NCBI GenBank assembly: GCA_027023255.1
Contig: JALVVU010000066.1
Span: 1 to 49,279, forward strand
Direction of reading: 5' to 3'
Source of the DNA: Desulfurococcales archaeon
GTDB taxonomy: Archaea; Thermoproteota; Thermoprotei_A; Sulfolobales; NBVN01
DNA length: 49,279 bases
Below the pieces are notes generated by a model. It searched no databases, had not been told where the DNA came from, and saw only the letters and a list, made by a program, of their open reading frames with translations. Positions 27,195-36,201 of the stretch are shown here, piece after piece; within the stretch, counting starts at the first letter, position 1; each line of letters starts with the position of its first letter. The position numbers and the translations under genes are program-made.

Positions 27195-28266
27195 CAGTCA
27201 CACCTCCGTAGAGGAGTGGAACACCCTTCAGCCTGAGCATGGCTTCAAGCATGGACGCGTTCTTAGTCACGACCTCCTTGGAGAGCGCGTCAGCAACATG
27301 TAGTCTGTGTGGGACGTACGTCCCGTAGGAGGACGCTGAATACGATATCGCGGCTACTAACTCAAGGAACCTCCCCTCGCCCAGTAATTCCTGAACCGCT
27401 TTTAGCACCTCGATTCTGAATATCGTGTATAGCCTGACCGGCATAGCTACGGGCGTCAACACGTAAGCCATGACCCTAGGTGGTGTGTTGGTAGAACCGC
27501 TGACTTCCCAGGGTCCTATCACGAGTGGCTTGTCGGGAACGCCGCTCAATCCTAAGGCATTCATGATCATCTTCACGTCAGTCAGAAGTTCACTCAGCCC
27601 CAGCGCCCTAATTAAGTGCTTCGATCTCCACACACGCTTAACCACGCATACCGGAATTATGCCTTCCTCAATGAGGTTACCCATCATGGTGACCCTGTCC
27701 TCGTTCAGCCCGCCTAGCTCGGCGTTCCACACACTACCCTCCACGGGATGCGTGTAAGGATAGGTTACGGGTCCGTCTATGAGTAGTACTGTGCCACTAC
27801 CTAACCTCTCTTTAGCTACGCTCAGTAAGTATGTCTCCATATGTATTCGAAGATCGTGAGATAAGGCGCCCTCAGGCAGGTCCGGATCATTAACGTACTT
27901 GAGGCCAACCTTCACGTAGCGGTTGGAAACAAGGCTCAGGTCCTCCTCAATGGGGGCACCGAGGAAGGGAGGACCGTTAACCCTAGCAACAATACCTGTT
28001 CCGGGGTAGAGGTAAGCGCTTCTCACATCACACAGTGCCCCAGCAACGACGCTTACCTCACCGGCCGGCACGTGAAGCGTTGCGGCGGCAGCATCGAGAG
28101 CGGCAAAGACGTAACGCTTGCTCGGTTTCTTAAGGCTCTCACGCCTTAATTCCTCTGGTATCGTGTAGCGTGTTTCGTCCTCTAGGAGCTTATACCTCGG
28201 TCTAAACCTCGCTGGCCTAGCTAGCTCCGCTACCAGCCTGCTTATCGAGTCCTTCATAATCCTCAC
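27187..28266 (-). CDS. nurA: NurA-family nuclease
   Basis: FAALD, LRIHME, LLIDGP, CVVKR, YVP..L..AD motifs; overlaps herA start. Confidence 0.78.
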   Translation of the reverse strand: MRIMKDSISRLVAELARPARFRPRYKLLEDETRYTIPEELRRESLKKPSKRYVFAALDAAAATLHVPAGEVSVVAGALCDVRSAYLYPGTGIVARVNGPPFLGAPIEEDLSLVSNRYVKVGLKYVNDPDLPEGALSHDLRIHMETYLLSVAKERLGSGTVLLIDGPVTYPYTHPVEGSVWNAELGGLNEDRVTMMGNLIEEGIIPVCVVKRVWRSKHLIRALGLSELLTDVKMIMNALGLSGVPDKPLVIGPWEVSGSTNTPPRVMAYVLTPVAMPVRLYTIFRIEVLKAVQELLGEGRFLELVAAISYSASSYGTYVPHRLHVADALSKEVVTKNASMLEAMLRLKGVPLLYGGVTVE

Positions 28267-28434
28267 TACTCCCTAATATGTTTACGAAGCTTAATTAGGT
28301 AATTAACGAGGTCTTCACGCCCTTCATAACATTAATGACTTCCAAGCCTCAATAACTACATCGCTGAATACCGCGGATTAATTAAGCAATTCTTAATAGC
28401 GCTATAGAACGTCTTAACACTAAGTGATGAGGCT

Positions 28435-29262
28435 ATGCAGAAAGAAGATCACTTCAAGATACTCTTAGTGAACGACGACGGATTCGTTACGAGGGCACTC
28501 CCCCTTACCTACGAGATACTTAAGGAATTCGGTGATGTACTGGCTGTCGTGCCTGAGACGCCAAAGTCTGGTGGGGGGCACTCACTAACGCTCCACAAGC
28601 CGCTATTCCTGCGGGAACTCGGCATATATGGGTTAAGGGTATTCGCTATCAATGGCACACCCGTTGACGCCTTCCATGCGGCTAAGGACATACTGGGGTT
28701 TAACCCTGACCTCGTCGTTTCGGGAATAAACATAGGTGAGAATACGTCATCGCAGAACATACTTTACTCTGGCACGGTGGAGGCCGCGATCGAGGCTGGG
28801 CTCTTTGGTTACCCCTCAATAGCTCTTTCCGCTGATGTCCTAACCGATGATGAGTTCGAGAACCCTAAGTACTCATTCATGGTTAGGAAGGTTGTTGAAG
28901 CCTTGATAGAGTATATTAAGGATAATGGCTGGTTTGATGGCGTGGATACGCTTTCAGTGAACCTACCCCGCACACCGACACCTAAGGGCGTGGTTATGCC
29001 GAAAACACAGAGGATAAGATTCATTCAGAGATTCGAGAGGAGAATAGATCCTAGGGGTAGGGAGTACTACTGGCTTGTTGGGGAACGTGTGGTTGAGGAG
29101 GGTACTGACTCATACTACTTAAGCAACGGGTACGTGACCATCACTCCCTTAGTTGCTGACTTGACTCACCCGGCAATCAGCGGTTGCAAGGAGTTAACGG
29201 AGAAGATTAATGACTTGCTAAGATATATAGAGAAGGCGTTAGAGAGTATTAGAGCGGTTTAG
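28435..29262 (+). CDS. surE: 5'/3'-nucleotidase SurE
   Basis: LLVNDDG, KSGGGHSLT, GTPVD, VSGINIGEN, YSGTV, DPRGREYYW. Confidence 0.95.
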   Translation: MQKEDHFKILLVNDDGFVTRALPLTYEILKEFGDVLAVVPETPKSGGGHSLTLHKPLFLRELGIYGLRVFAINGTPVDAFHAAKDILGFNPDLVVSGINIGENTSSQNILYSGTVEAAIEAGLFGYPSIALSADVLTDDEFENPKYSFMVRKVVEALIEYIKDNGWFDGVDTLSVNLPRTPTPKGVVMPKTQRIRFIQRFERRIDPRGREYYWLVGERVVEEGTDSYYLSNGYVTITPLVADLTHPAISGCKELTEKINDLLRYIEKALESIRAV

Positions 29263-29275
29263 GGTGCTTTGAGGA

Positions 29276-30559
29276 TTGCCTCGACGGAAGCTCAAGGGCT
29301 TCACAAGCTTTGAGTCTGTGGAGAGTGCCTTACGTAAGTTCTTAAAAGCCGTGACTATTGAACCAGGCGTCGAGACCCTAGATATTGTTGATGCTGTGGG
29401 TAGGGTCGCTTCTCACCAGGTTAAGGCACTACGCGATTACCCACCTTTTGATAGGGCAGCGATGGATGGCTTCGCCGTCAGGTCGGAGGATGTCATTAGC
29501 GCTAGTGAGAGGGAGCCCGTCGAGTTAAGGGTTGTTGGGAAGGTAGAGGCTGGGAGTAAGGAGCACGTTAGGATAGGGGAGGGGGAGGCAGTCATGATAT
29601 TCACCGGCGGCAGGATGCCGGAGGGTGCTGATGCTGTCGTGCCTTTCGAGTACAGCACGTTACTTGGGGATCACGTCTTAGTGCTCAAGCCGGTGCCTAA
29701 GTACGGTAATGTCAGCCGTGCTGGGGAGGACTTTCACGCAGGCGACGTTATCCTAGAGCGAGGTACCGTGATACGCCCGTGGCACATTACGGCACTCGCT
29801 GAATCAGGTGTCACGAAGGTGAAGGTTTTCAAACCCCTGCGAATAGCTATCGTAAACACTGGTGATGAGCTCAGGGACTATAGGCAAGTATGGAGTAAGG
29901 ATGAGGTAGTGAATTCCTCAGGTCCGTTGATAGAGAGTTACGCTAAGGAGATAGGGTGCGTGGTCGCCTGGTCACGCATAGTTAGGGATGACGTTAACGA
30001 GGTCAGAGCGGCTATTGAGGAAGGATTAAGGGACGCAGACATCGTGATCACGACCGGGGGCTCATCCATTGGCGGGAAAGACTTAGTGCCTGAGGCGGTT
30101 GAAGACATACCTGGCTCGGAACTCGTTTTTCACGGCGTTAACCTGCGTCCTGGGCGGACTGCTGGTGCGTACGTAGTTAACGGCAAGCCTATCCTTATGC
30201 TCTCGGGGCTTCCGGTGGCGTGCTTCATAGGGTTAGAGGTTTTCCTCAAGCCTCTTGTGCGTAAGCTCTACGGTGTTAGGGAAGTGCCTGAACCTACTGT
30301 ACGGGCGCGACTCACTAGGAAGGTAGCTAACGTTGTTGGCTTTCGTTCCTATTACCGCGTCGTCCTTTACAGGGAGGGTAGCGTGATTTACGCTGAGCCG
30401 CTGAGGCTAACTGGCTCAGGCATTATATCCACACTGATTAGGGGAAACGGCATACTGGAGATTGAGGAGAATGTGGAGGGATATGAGGAGGGTAGTGAGG
30501 TTATTGTTAAGGTGATAGCCCCTATATACGAGGGTAAGCCGCACTTCATTAATTGGTGA
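29276..30559 (+). CDS. moeA: Molybdopterin molybdenumtransferase MoeA
   Basis: PPFDRAAMDGFAV, IFTGG.MPEGADAVV, TGDEL, TTGGSSIG..D, LSGLP. Confidence 0.95.
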   Translation: MPRRKLKGFTSFESVESALRKFLKAVTIEPGVETLDIVDAVGRVASHQVKALRDYPPFDRAAMDGFAVRSEDVISASEREPVELRVVGKVEAGSKEHVRIGEGEAVMIFTGGRMPEGADAVVPFEYSTLLGDHVLVLKPVPKYGNVSRAGEDFHAGDVILERGTVIRPWHITALAESGVTKVKVFKPLRIAIVNTGDELRDYRQVWSKDEVVNSSGPLIESYAKEIGCVVAWSRIVRDDVNEVRAAIEEGLRDADIVITTGGSSIGGKDLVPEAVEDIPGSELVFHGVNLRPGRTAGAYVVNGKPILMLSGLPVACFIGLEVFLKPLVRKLYGVREVPEPTVRARLTRKVANVVGFRSYYRVVLYREGSVIYAEPLRLTGSGIISTLIRGNGILEIEENVEGYEEGSEVIVKVIAPIYEGKPHFINW

Positions 30560-30576
30560 TTCCGTTAATCCGGGAA

Positions 30577-31161
30577 TCACGGGAGGTTCTCGAGGAGTCT
30601 CCTAAGCGTTGCCTTCAAGTGCTTCGGGACTGTTGATACGGGGTCGTTTTTCGAGTCTATTAGAAGTACGTTTACCCCTTCACTTCCCCCTGCCTCCAGA
30701 TCCCACATGGTGTCGCCGAGGAAGTACGTTTGGCTTGGTTCAGCACCCAGTATCCTCATCACGGTTCTGAGTTGCGTTTTTCTATCGTAACTATCCTCGC
30801 GAGTCACTAGAACATCTACTAAGTCACTAATCCCTAGCGACTCCAGAACCTTAACGGCTGTTTCACGACCTCTCAGCGTAACTACCGCTATCCTAACTCC
30901 CCTGCTCTTGAATTGTGAGAGAAGATCTCGGAGCTCGGGGTCCTGCCTTACTCTCTCTGCGCTTCGCCGCTCTATACCGACTATTTCATCCTCAACGCTC
31001 TTGGCTAGCCTAGGATTATGCACCGCTACCCTAGCTAGGATCTCGGCAACAGGCTTATGGGGAACGTTGATTCCTAGCTCGGAAAGCCTCCTCCTAACAT
31101 ACGCCCAGTCGATGTCCGGCTTTACTAGCGTACCGTCAATGTCCAGTACTAGCGTATGCAT
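30577..31161 (-). CDS. HAD-IA family hydrolase (phosphoglycolate phosphatase-like)
   Basis: LDIDGTL, VVT, K, FLGDTMWD motifs. Confidence 0.85.
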   Translation of the reverse strand: MHTLVLDIDGTLVKPDIDWAYVRRRLSELGINVPHKPVAEILARVAVHNPRLAKSVEDEIVGIERRSAERVRQDPELRDLLSQFKSRGVRIAVVTLRGRETAVKVLESLGISDLVDVLVTREDSYDRKTQLRTVMRILGAEPSQTYFLGDTMWDLEAGGSEGVNVLLIDSKNDPVSTVPKHLKATLRRLLENLP

Positions 31162-31300
31162 GACGCATCACTCTGGGTGACCTGCTCGGCATTTACTCCG
31201 CTCGTAGCTAAAGAGTTTTAACCTAATGGGGATAGTGGAGTGGGTTAAGTATTAATTACCTCCACCTTTACCTTTGTAGTGAAGTTTTAGGTGCATCACG

Positions 31301-32323
31301 ATGTCTCAGGGTGCAGGAATACCCTACAGTACCAAGCCTCCTCCACCGCCCTCACCGCTAGGGGAAGCGGAAGTATTTAAGTGCCCTAATTGTGGGGCAC
31401 CAATTGAGGTCACGCCTGACTCGCTGGTTGTTAAGTGCAGGTACTGTGGATATATCGAGTATCGTGATCCGGGTTACGACGTGTTTGTCTTCCCTTCCCT
31501 CAGTAGGGAGGAGATAACGCGTAGGTTCTGGGGTAGGATGAGAACAGACAGTGACATGGGCAAGTACATCAACAAGATAAGCATAGATTCCATAACGAAT
31601 ATATTTGTACCCTTCTACGTTGTCGACTACGACGCGCAGTACTTCTTCATAGGTGAGAGGAAGGAGACTAGGACAAGGACAGTGAACGTTAGTGGGAGGG
31701 TCGTAACACAGACAGAGGTCAGGGTAGTTAAGGTGAGGGACTCCGGAAGCGTTAGCGGGGTCGATGCGATCCTAGGTAGAAGACATATCGAGGAGTTAGG
31801 CGTTAAGGAACTTTCAACGCAGGTCAAACAACTCGATACTTCAGCCACCGTCCACGCATCTAAGTACAAGTGGGGAAAGGAAGTGCACGCGGTAATGGGC
31901 TTCGATATCGAGCCTAAGGAAGTAAACGCAATAGCTAGGGACGTCATAGCTGAGAGGTTGAAGGTCTGGGTTAAGCGTAAGTACAGGCTCGACAGGCTTA
32001 ACGTTTACCTATGCAGAGTGAACGTCAAGGACTTCAAAGCCGTCTTAGTCCCAATGTACATTATCACATATAAATTCAGGAACGCCATTTACTCCATAGC
32101 GTTCTCAGGTGTTGATGGAAGGCAATTAGTGGCTATAGAGCCTGTGCTAACTAAGCACCTAGTGATGTACTTAGGGGGTGCGGCAGCAGCGACCTTCGTT
32201 GCGAGTTTAGCGTTGCCTTTCGCGTTCCGGTGGGGTCACCTGGTATTTCTGAGCGTCGCTCTCATAATAGGTGCTGGGTACCTAGTAAGTAGGGCGCTGG
32301 GGGGCGTTAGGTTTGAGCGGTGA
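31301..32323 (+). CDS. Zn-ribbon membrane protein (CxxC...CxxC, two C-terminal TM helices)
   Basis: Pro-rich N-terminus, CPNCG...CRYCG, FVPFY and LVPMY motifs, two hydrophobic C-terminal helices. Confidence 0.8.
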   Translation: MSQGAGIPYSTKPPPPPSPLGEAEVFKCPNCGAPIEVTPDSLVVKCRYCGYIEYRDPGYDVFVFPSLSREEITRRFWGRMRTDSDMGKYINKISIDSITNIFVPFYVVDYDAQYFFIGERKETRTRTVNVSGRVVTQTEVRVVKVRDSGSVSGVDAILGRRHIEELGVKELSTQVKQLDTSATVHASKYKWGKEVHAVMGFDIEPKEVNAIARDVIAERLKVWVKRKYRLDRLNVYLCRVNVKDFKAVLVPMYIITYKFRNAIYSIAFSGVDGRQLVAIEPVLTKHLVMYLGGAAAATFVASLALPFAFRWGHLVFLSVALIIGAGYLVSRALGGVRFER

Positions 32324-33323
32324 GGCAATGCTTAAGTGCCCGTACTGTGGTTCGAAGTTCAGAGTCCCACACGCTGTGAGCGTAGCGACATGCCCATACT
32401 GTGGTTACACGTTCAAGGTCAGTACGGGTGAAGCCATTACTGAGCACTACTACTTTAAAGTGGTCTTTAGTTCAAGTAGTGCCTTCGATAGGTTACTGAG
32501 ATTCATTCTCAGGAACTACGGAGCGCCCTCCGACTTCCATACAGCGGCCGAACTACGTAAGGCGTCACTACATTACGTCCCGATACATGCCGTTCACGCT
32601 GAAGCCACTGGTGAATGCATATATACTGAAGGAATGTGGTTCTGGAGTAAGTCCTACGAAGGCGACTTCTATGAGGTAGGGGACTACTTCATCCTTGCTA
32701 ATAGGGAGCCTTGGTTCTCACACATAGTTGAGAACTACAGGTTCAGTTTGAGAGGAAGGGAGTACTTCAAGCCTAAGATGCTTAGAATGGGTAGGTACTA
32801 CAACATAGCGGTGTCGAAGGAGGACGCTATTAGGGTAGCGTCAGATGCCGTGGTGCAGGACCTAATGAAGGACCTCAACACAGGGTGTAGCGGCAATAAG
32901 ATCGTTAAGGACGTTAAGACAGAGTACTTAGGTGTGACGCACTATCCGATTTGGGAATTCACTTACAGGTACGGTAACGTAGAGATGAAGGCCTTAGTGG
33001 ACGCCAGCTCGGGTAGGGTCATCTACGCGGAATATCCTCAGACGCTGAAGGCTAGGGAGGAGGCAGGATTAGTTGCTGGCACTCTCATAGGCATTGGTGC
33101 CGTGGGCGGCGGGATAGGTGGCTTAGTTGCCGCGGGCGGGCTTATGGCGGCGGTGATGGCTGGGGCTGGGGCTGTTGTTGGCCTTATAGCGGCTCTACCA
33201 GCGATTAAGAGGGCTTTCGAGAAGGTTGTGAAGACCTCTGAGAGGGTAGAGGATTGGAACCTACTGCTTAAGGCAGGCAAGCTACTTGAAGAGGAAAGCA
33301 TTTTCAGTATAACCCTAGGTTAA
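32313..33323 (+). CDS. Zn-ribbon membrane protein, paralogue of upstream gene
   Basis: CPYCG...CPYCG, YVPIH and HYPIW motifs, VDASSG, Gly/Ala-rich C-terminal TM hairpin. Confidence 0.8.
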   Translation: MSGEAMLKCPYCGSKFRVPHAVSVATCPYCGYTFKVSTGEAITEHYYFKVVFSSSSAFDRLLRFILRNYGAPSDFHTAAELRKASLHYVPIHAVHAEATGECIYTEGMWFWSKSYEGDFYEVGDYFILANREPWFSHIVENYRFSLRGREYFKPKMLRMGRYYNIAVSKEDAIRVASDAVVQDLMKDLNTGCSGNKIVKDVKTEYLGVTHYPIWEFTYRYGNVEMKALVDASSGRVIYAEYPQTLKAREEAGLVAGTLIGIGAVGGGIGGLVAAGGLMAAVMAGAGAVVGLIAALPAIKRAFEKVVKTSERVEDWNLLLKAGKLLEEESIFSITLG

Positions 33324-33343
33324 GTAGTTGACGGCAGGTGAAT

Positions 33344-33363
33344 GTAACGCATTTTTACGTTAC
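33344..33363. promoter_or_regulatory. Inverted repeat overlapping putative TATA of ACS-alpha 2
   Basis: GTAACG-N8-CGTTAC enclosing TTTTTA, ~25 nt before ATG 33389. Confidence 0.3.
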
Positions 33364-33388
33364 CCTCCCTAAATGAAAGGGGATACTC

Positions 33389-34798
33389 ATGAGTTTACCT
33401 ACGAAGGAAGTATTCAGCAAGTTCTTTTCCCCGAAATCCATAGCCGTCATAGGTGCCTCGATAAAGAGGGGAACCGTTGGACGGGCAATCATGGAGAACC
33501 TTAAGGAAAGGTTCAAGGGCCGCATATACCCTGTAAACGTGAAGTACGATGAGGTTCTAGGGTTTAAGTGTTATAAGTCCATCCTGGAGATACCTGAAAC
33601 GCCTGACTTAGTGGTTGTAGCGGTACCTGCCCGTGTTGTTCCATCAGTTCTTGACGAGTGCGGTAAGAAGGGCGTTAGGGCGGCCATAGTGATCAGCGCG
33701 GGCTTCAAGGAGGTTGGAGAGGAAGGAGCTAAGAGGGAGGAGGAGCTAGTTAAGGTCGCCAGGAAGTGGGGCATGAGGGTAATAGGGCCTAACTGCCTCG
33801 GCGTTTACGATGCCCACTCAGGCCTCGACACGATCTTCAACCCCAACGACAGGCAGGCTAAGCCGGGACCAGGTAGCGTCGCCCTGATCTCACAGTCCGG
33901 GGCTCTCGGAGCAGCGATCCTCGACTGGCTTGCGGAGGCAGGCGTTGGGATGAGTAAGTTCGTGAGCTACGGGAACGCCGCGGACGTGCAGGAATGGGAA
34001 CTCATAGAGTACCTAGCAGAGGACCCCGCAACTAAGGTAATCATGGCCTACATAGAGGGAGTGTCGGACGGCAGGAAATTCCTTAACGCATTAAGGAAAG
34101 CCACAGAGAGAGGGAAGCCTGTCATAGTGCTTAAGGCTGGCAAGTCCGAGAAAGGCATGAAGGCCGTCGCCTCACACACGGGTTCACTAGCAGGTCAATA
34201 CGCTGTATATGAAGCCGCGATAAAACAGTTCGGCGGGCTGTTAGTTAATGAGTTGAATGAATTGGTAGTGGCTGCCAAGACACTCTCATGGCTACCGGCC
34301 CCATCCGGTGACAGGATAGCTATAGTGACTAACGGTGGTGGTGCGGGAGTCCTAGCCACGGATGCCGTAGAACTACTTGGTTTACGGATGGCTGAACTTT
34401 CGGAGCAAACTAAGGCCAAGTTGAGGGAGGGCCTACCACCTGCAGCCGCTGTGAACAACCCGGTAGACGTCCTAGGTGATGCGCCGCCAGAGAGGTATAA
34501 GGTTGCGTTAGAGGCTGTATTGAGGGACGAGAACGTGGATGCCGTGCTCCTCATAAGCATAATGCAGTCACCGGCATACGACCCGGGAGGGGTTCTGGAG
34601 GCCACTAAGGAACTAGTTGGTAAGTACGGTAAGCCCGTAGTAATGGCTGCACCCGGAGGTAAGTACACGCTAGATAAGCTGCGGATGTTCGAGCATGAGG
34701 CGAGGATACCGTCATTCCGGACACCGGAGGAGGCTGCCAGAGCTCTCTCCTACATGGTTGCCTGGGCCCGTGTACGTCAGAGGATGAAGAAGGAATGA
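33389..34798 (+). CDS. acdA: ADP-forming acyl/acetyl-CoA synthetase alpha subunit (paralogue 2)
   Basis: PKSIAVIGAS, IGPNCLG, SQSGA, SYGNAAD, ASHTGSLAG, TNGGGAG, NPVDVLGDA. Confidence 0.93.
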   Translation: MSLPTKEVFSKFFSPKSIAVIGASIKRGTVGRAIMENLKERFKGRIYPVNVKYDEVLGFKCYKSILEIPETPDLVVVAVPARVVPSVLDECGKKGVRAAIVISAGFKEVGEEGAKREEELVKVARKWGMRVIGPNCLGVYDAHSGLDTIFNPNDRQAKPGPGSVALISQSGALGAAILDWLAEAGVGMSKFVSYGNAADVQEWELIEYLAEDPATKVIMAYIEGVSDGRKFLNALRKATERGKPVIVLKAGKSEKGMKAVASHTGSLAGQYAVYEAAIKQFGGLLVNELNELVVAAKTLSWLPAPSGDRIAIVTNGGGAGVLATDAVELLGLRMAELSEQTKAKLREGLPPAAAVNNPVDVLGDAPPERYKVALEAVLRDENVDAVLLISIMQSPAYDPGGVLEATKELVGKYGKPVVMAAPGGKYTLDKLRMFEHEARIPSFRTPEEAARALSYMVAWARVRQRMKKE

Positions 34799-35490
34799 TT
34801 GCTCACTCGGACCTCCACATTCACACGCAAGCTAGTGACGGGAGGGCACACCCGCGGGAGGTTGTCCTACGTGCTAGGGCCGTCGGATTAGATGTCATAG
34901 CGATCACTGACCACGACACGTTTGCCGGATCCGTGATCGCTAGGAGGTACGTGAGTGGTAGAGTGCCTTTAGTAATTACTGGTGCCGAAGTCAGAACCGT
35001 GTGGGGGGACGTGCTGGTGCTCTGCAGGGACCCCATACCAGTAATTAAGGATCCTAGGGCGCTCCGCGAACTCGCCAACGACAATGGCTGTGTCCTCATA
35101 CCTGCTCACCCTTTCGATGTCATGAGATTAGGTATAGGGTGGCGGGTAAGGGAAGATTTATGGGACTGCATAGAGTGCTTTAACATGGGCAGCGACCCGA
35201 TCACCAACACCATGGCTTGGATGCATTGCCGCGCAACTGGGAAGCCATGCATAGCGTGTTCAGACGCCCACGTGCTTGAAATGGTGGGTGTGGCTAGGAC
35301 ACTCATTGAGGTTCCGGACCTTGCGTTAGATAATGTCTTAGAGTCTCTCCGGAAGGGCCTAGTAACTCCCCGCCCAAAGTACTCGGTAACGGGGCTGGCT
35401 AGGAAGGTCGCCTGGGGTATTCAGCGAAAGCTACATGGTCACACCCGGTACCCTGCACTCAGCGAGGATCTTTATTTAAAAACAGTGTAA
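34795..35490 (+). CDS. PHP-domain metal-dependent phosphoesterase
   Basis: DLHIHT..SDG, ITDHD, GAE, AHPF, SDAH; ATGA overlap. Confidence 0.92.
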   Translation: MIAHSDLHIHTQASDGRAHPREVVLRARAVGLDVIAITDHDTFAGSVIARRYVSGRVPLVITGAEVRTVWGDVLVLCRDPIPVIKDPRALRELANDNGCVLIPAHPFDVMRLGIGWRVREDLWDCIECFNMGSDPITNTMAWMHCRATGKPCIACSDAHVLEMVGVARTLIEVPDLALDNVLESLRKGLVTPRPKYSVTGLARKVAWGIQRKLHGHTRYPALSEDLYLKTV

Positions 35491-35538
35491 TAATGGGAAC
35501 CGTGAAAGTAACGTGTCGTCTGCGGTGATGCTGAGGCC

Positions 35539-36201
35539 TTGGGGAAGGAGCAGGATAGGAAGGAGATCGTAGTCACGCCAAGTGAGCTAAGGAAGCTAGG
35601 CTTCTGTCCTACACTTTACTTCTTTGATGTCCACACCCCCGTTCCTCAACCCCTAGCACTACGTCTTAGGGCGTGGTTGGGGCGTTTAGCTCACGCAATA
35701 CATCACATACTGCGTCCTGGATGGGTTAAGGAGGAACTGCTTAGGGCTAGGGTTGATGAGTTAGGCGTAGTGCTTGTAGGTAAGCCCGATAGCTATAGGA
35801 TTAACAACACTAAGGGCACGCTAATTGTTGAGGAGTTCAAGAGCAGGAAAGCCCCCAGGTTCGAATCCCCCTGCGTGGTTAACGGCGTGTGGTTGGGGGA
35901 CGCACTACAGGTTATGGCGTACGCCTACATATTGAGTAAGGTTCATGACGTCAAGATAGAGCGGATCGAGTTGAGGCTCCGATACATAAACAAGACAGTG
36001 AGCCTCAGGTACGATGATGACCTGCTAGTTAAGTACCTTAAGTTATTGAAGGACATAAGGGACGGGATATTTCCCGAGCCTAGGTGGGTAAGTAGGAGGA
36101 AGTGTCGGTTATGTCCCTACAAGGAGGTCTGTCCCTACTCACCATTTAGCGTATTGGAGGATCTTGGAGGCGAGCGAGGCGTTGACTCCTCCGAAGCGTG
36201 A
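35539..36201 (+). CDS. Solo Cas4-like PD-(D/E)xK nuclease with Fe-S cluster ligands
   Basis: N-terminal TPSEL...CP, H, GKPD, EFK, QVMAY, C-terminal CRLCPYKEVC; no CRISPR genes nearby. Confidence 0.8.
   Translation: MGKEQDRKEIVVTPSELRKLGFCPTLYFFDVHTPVPQPLALRLRAWLGRLAHAIHHILRPGWVKEELLRARVDELGVVLVGKPDSYRINNTKGTLIVEEFKSRKAPRFESPCVVNGVWLGDALQVMAYAYILSKVHDVKIERIELRLRYINKTVSLRYDDDLLVKYLKLLKDIRDGIFPEPRWVSRRKCRLCPYKEVCPYSPFSVLEDLGGERGVDSSEA

Noticed and set aside
35539..36201. CRISPR-Cas locus suggested by the Cas4-like gene
   Set aside because: No array, cas1/cas2 or effector genes in the window
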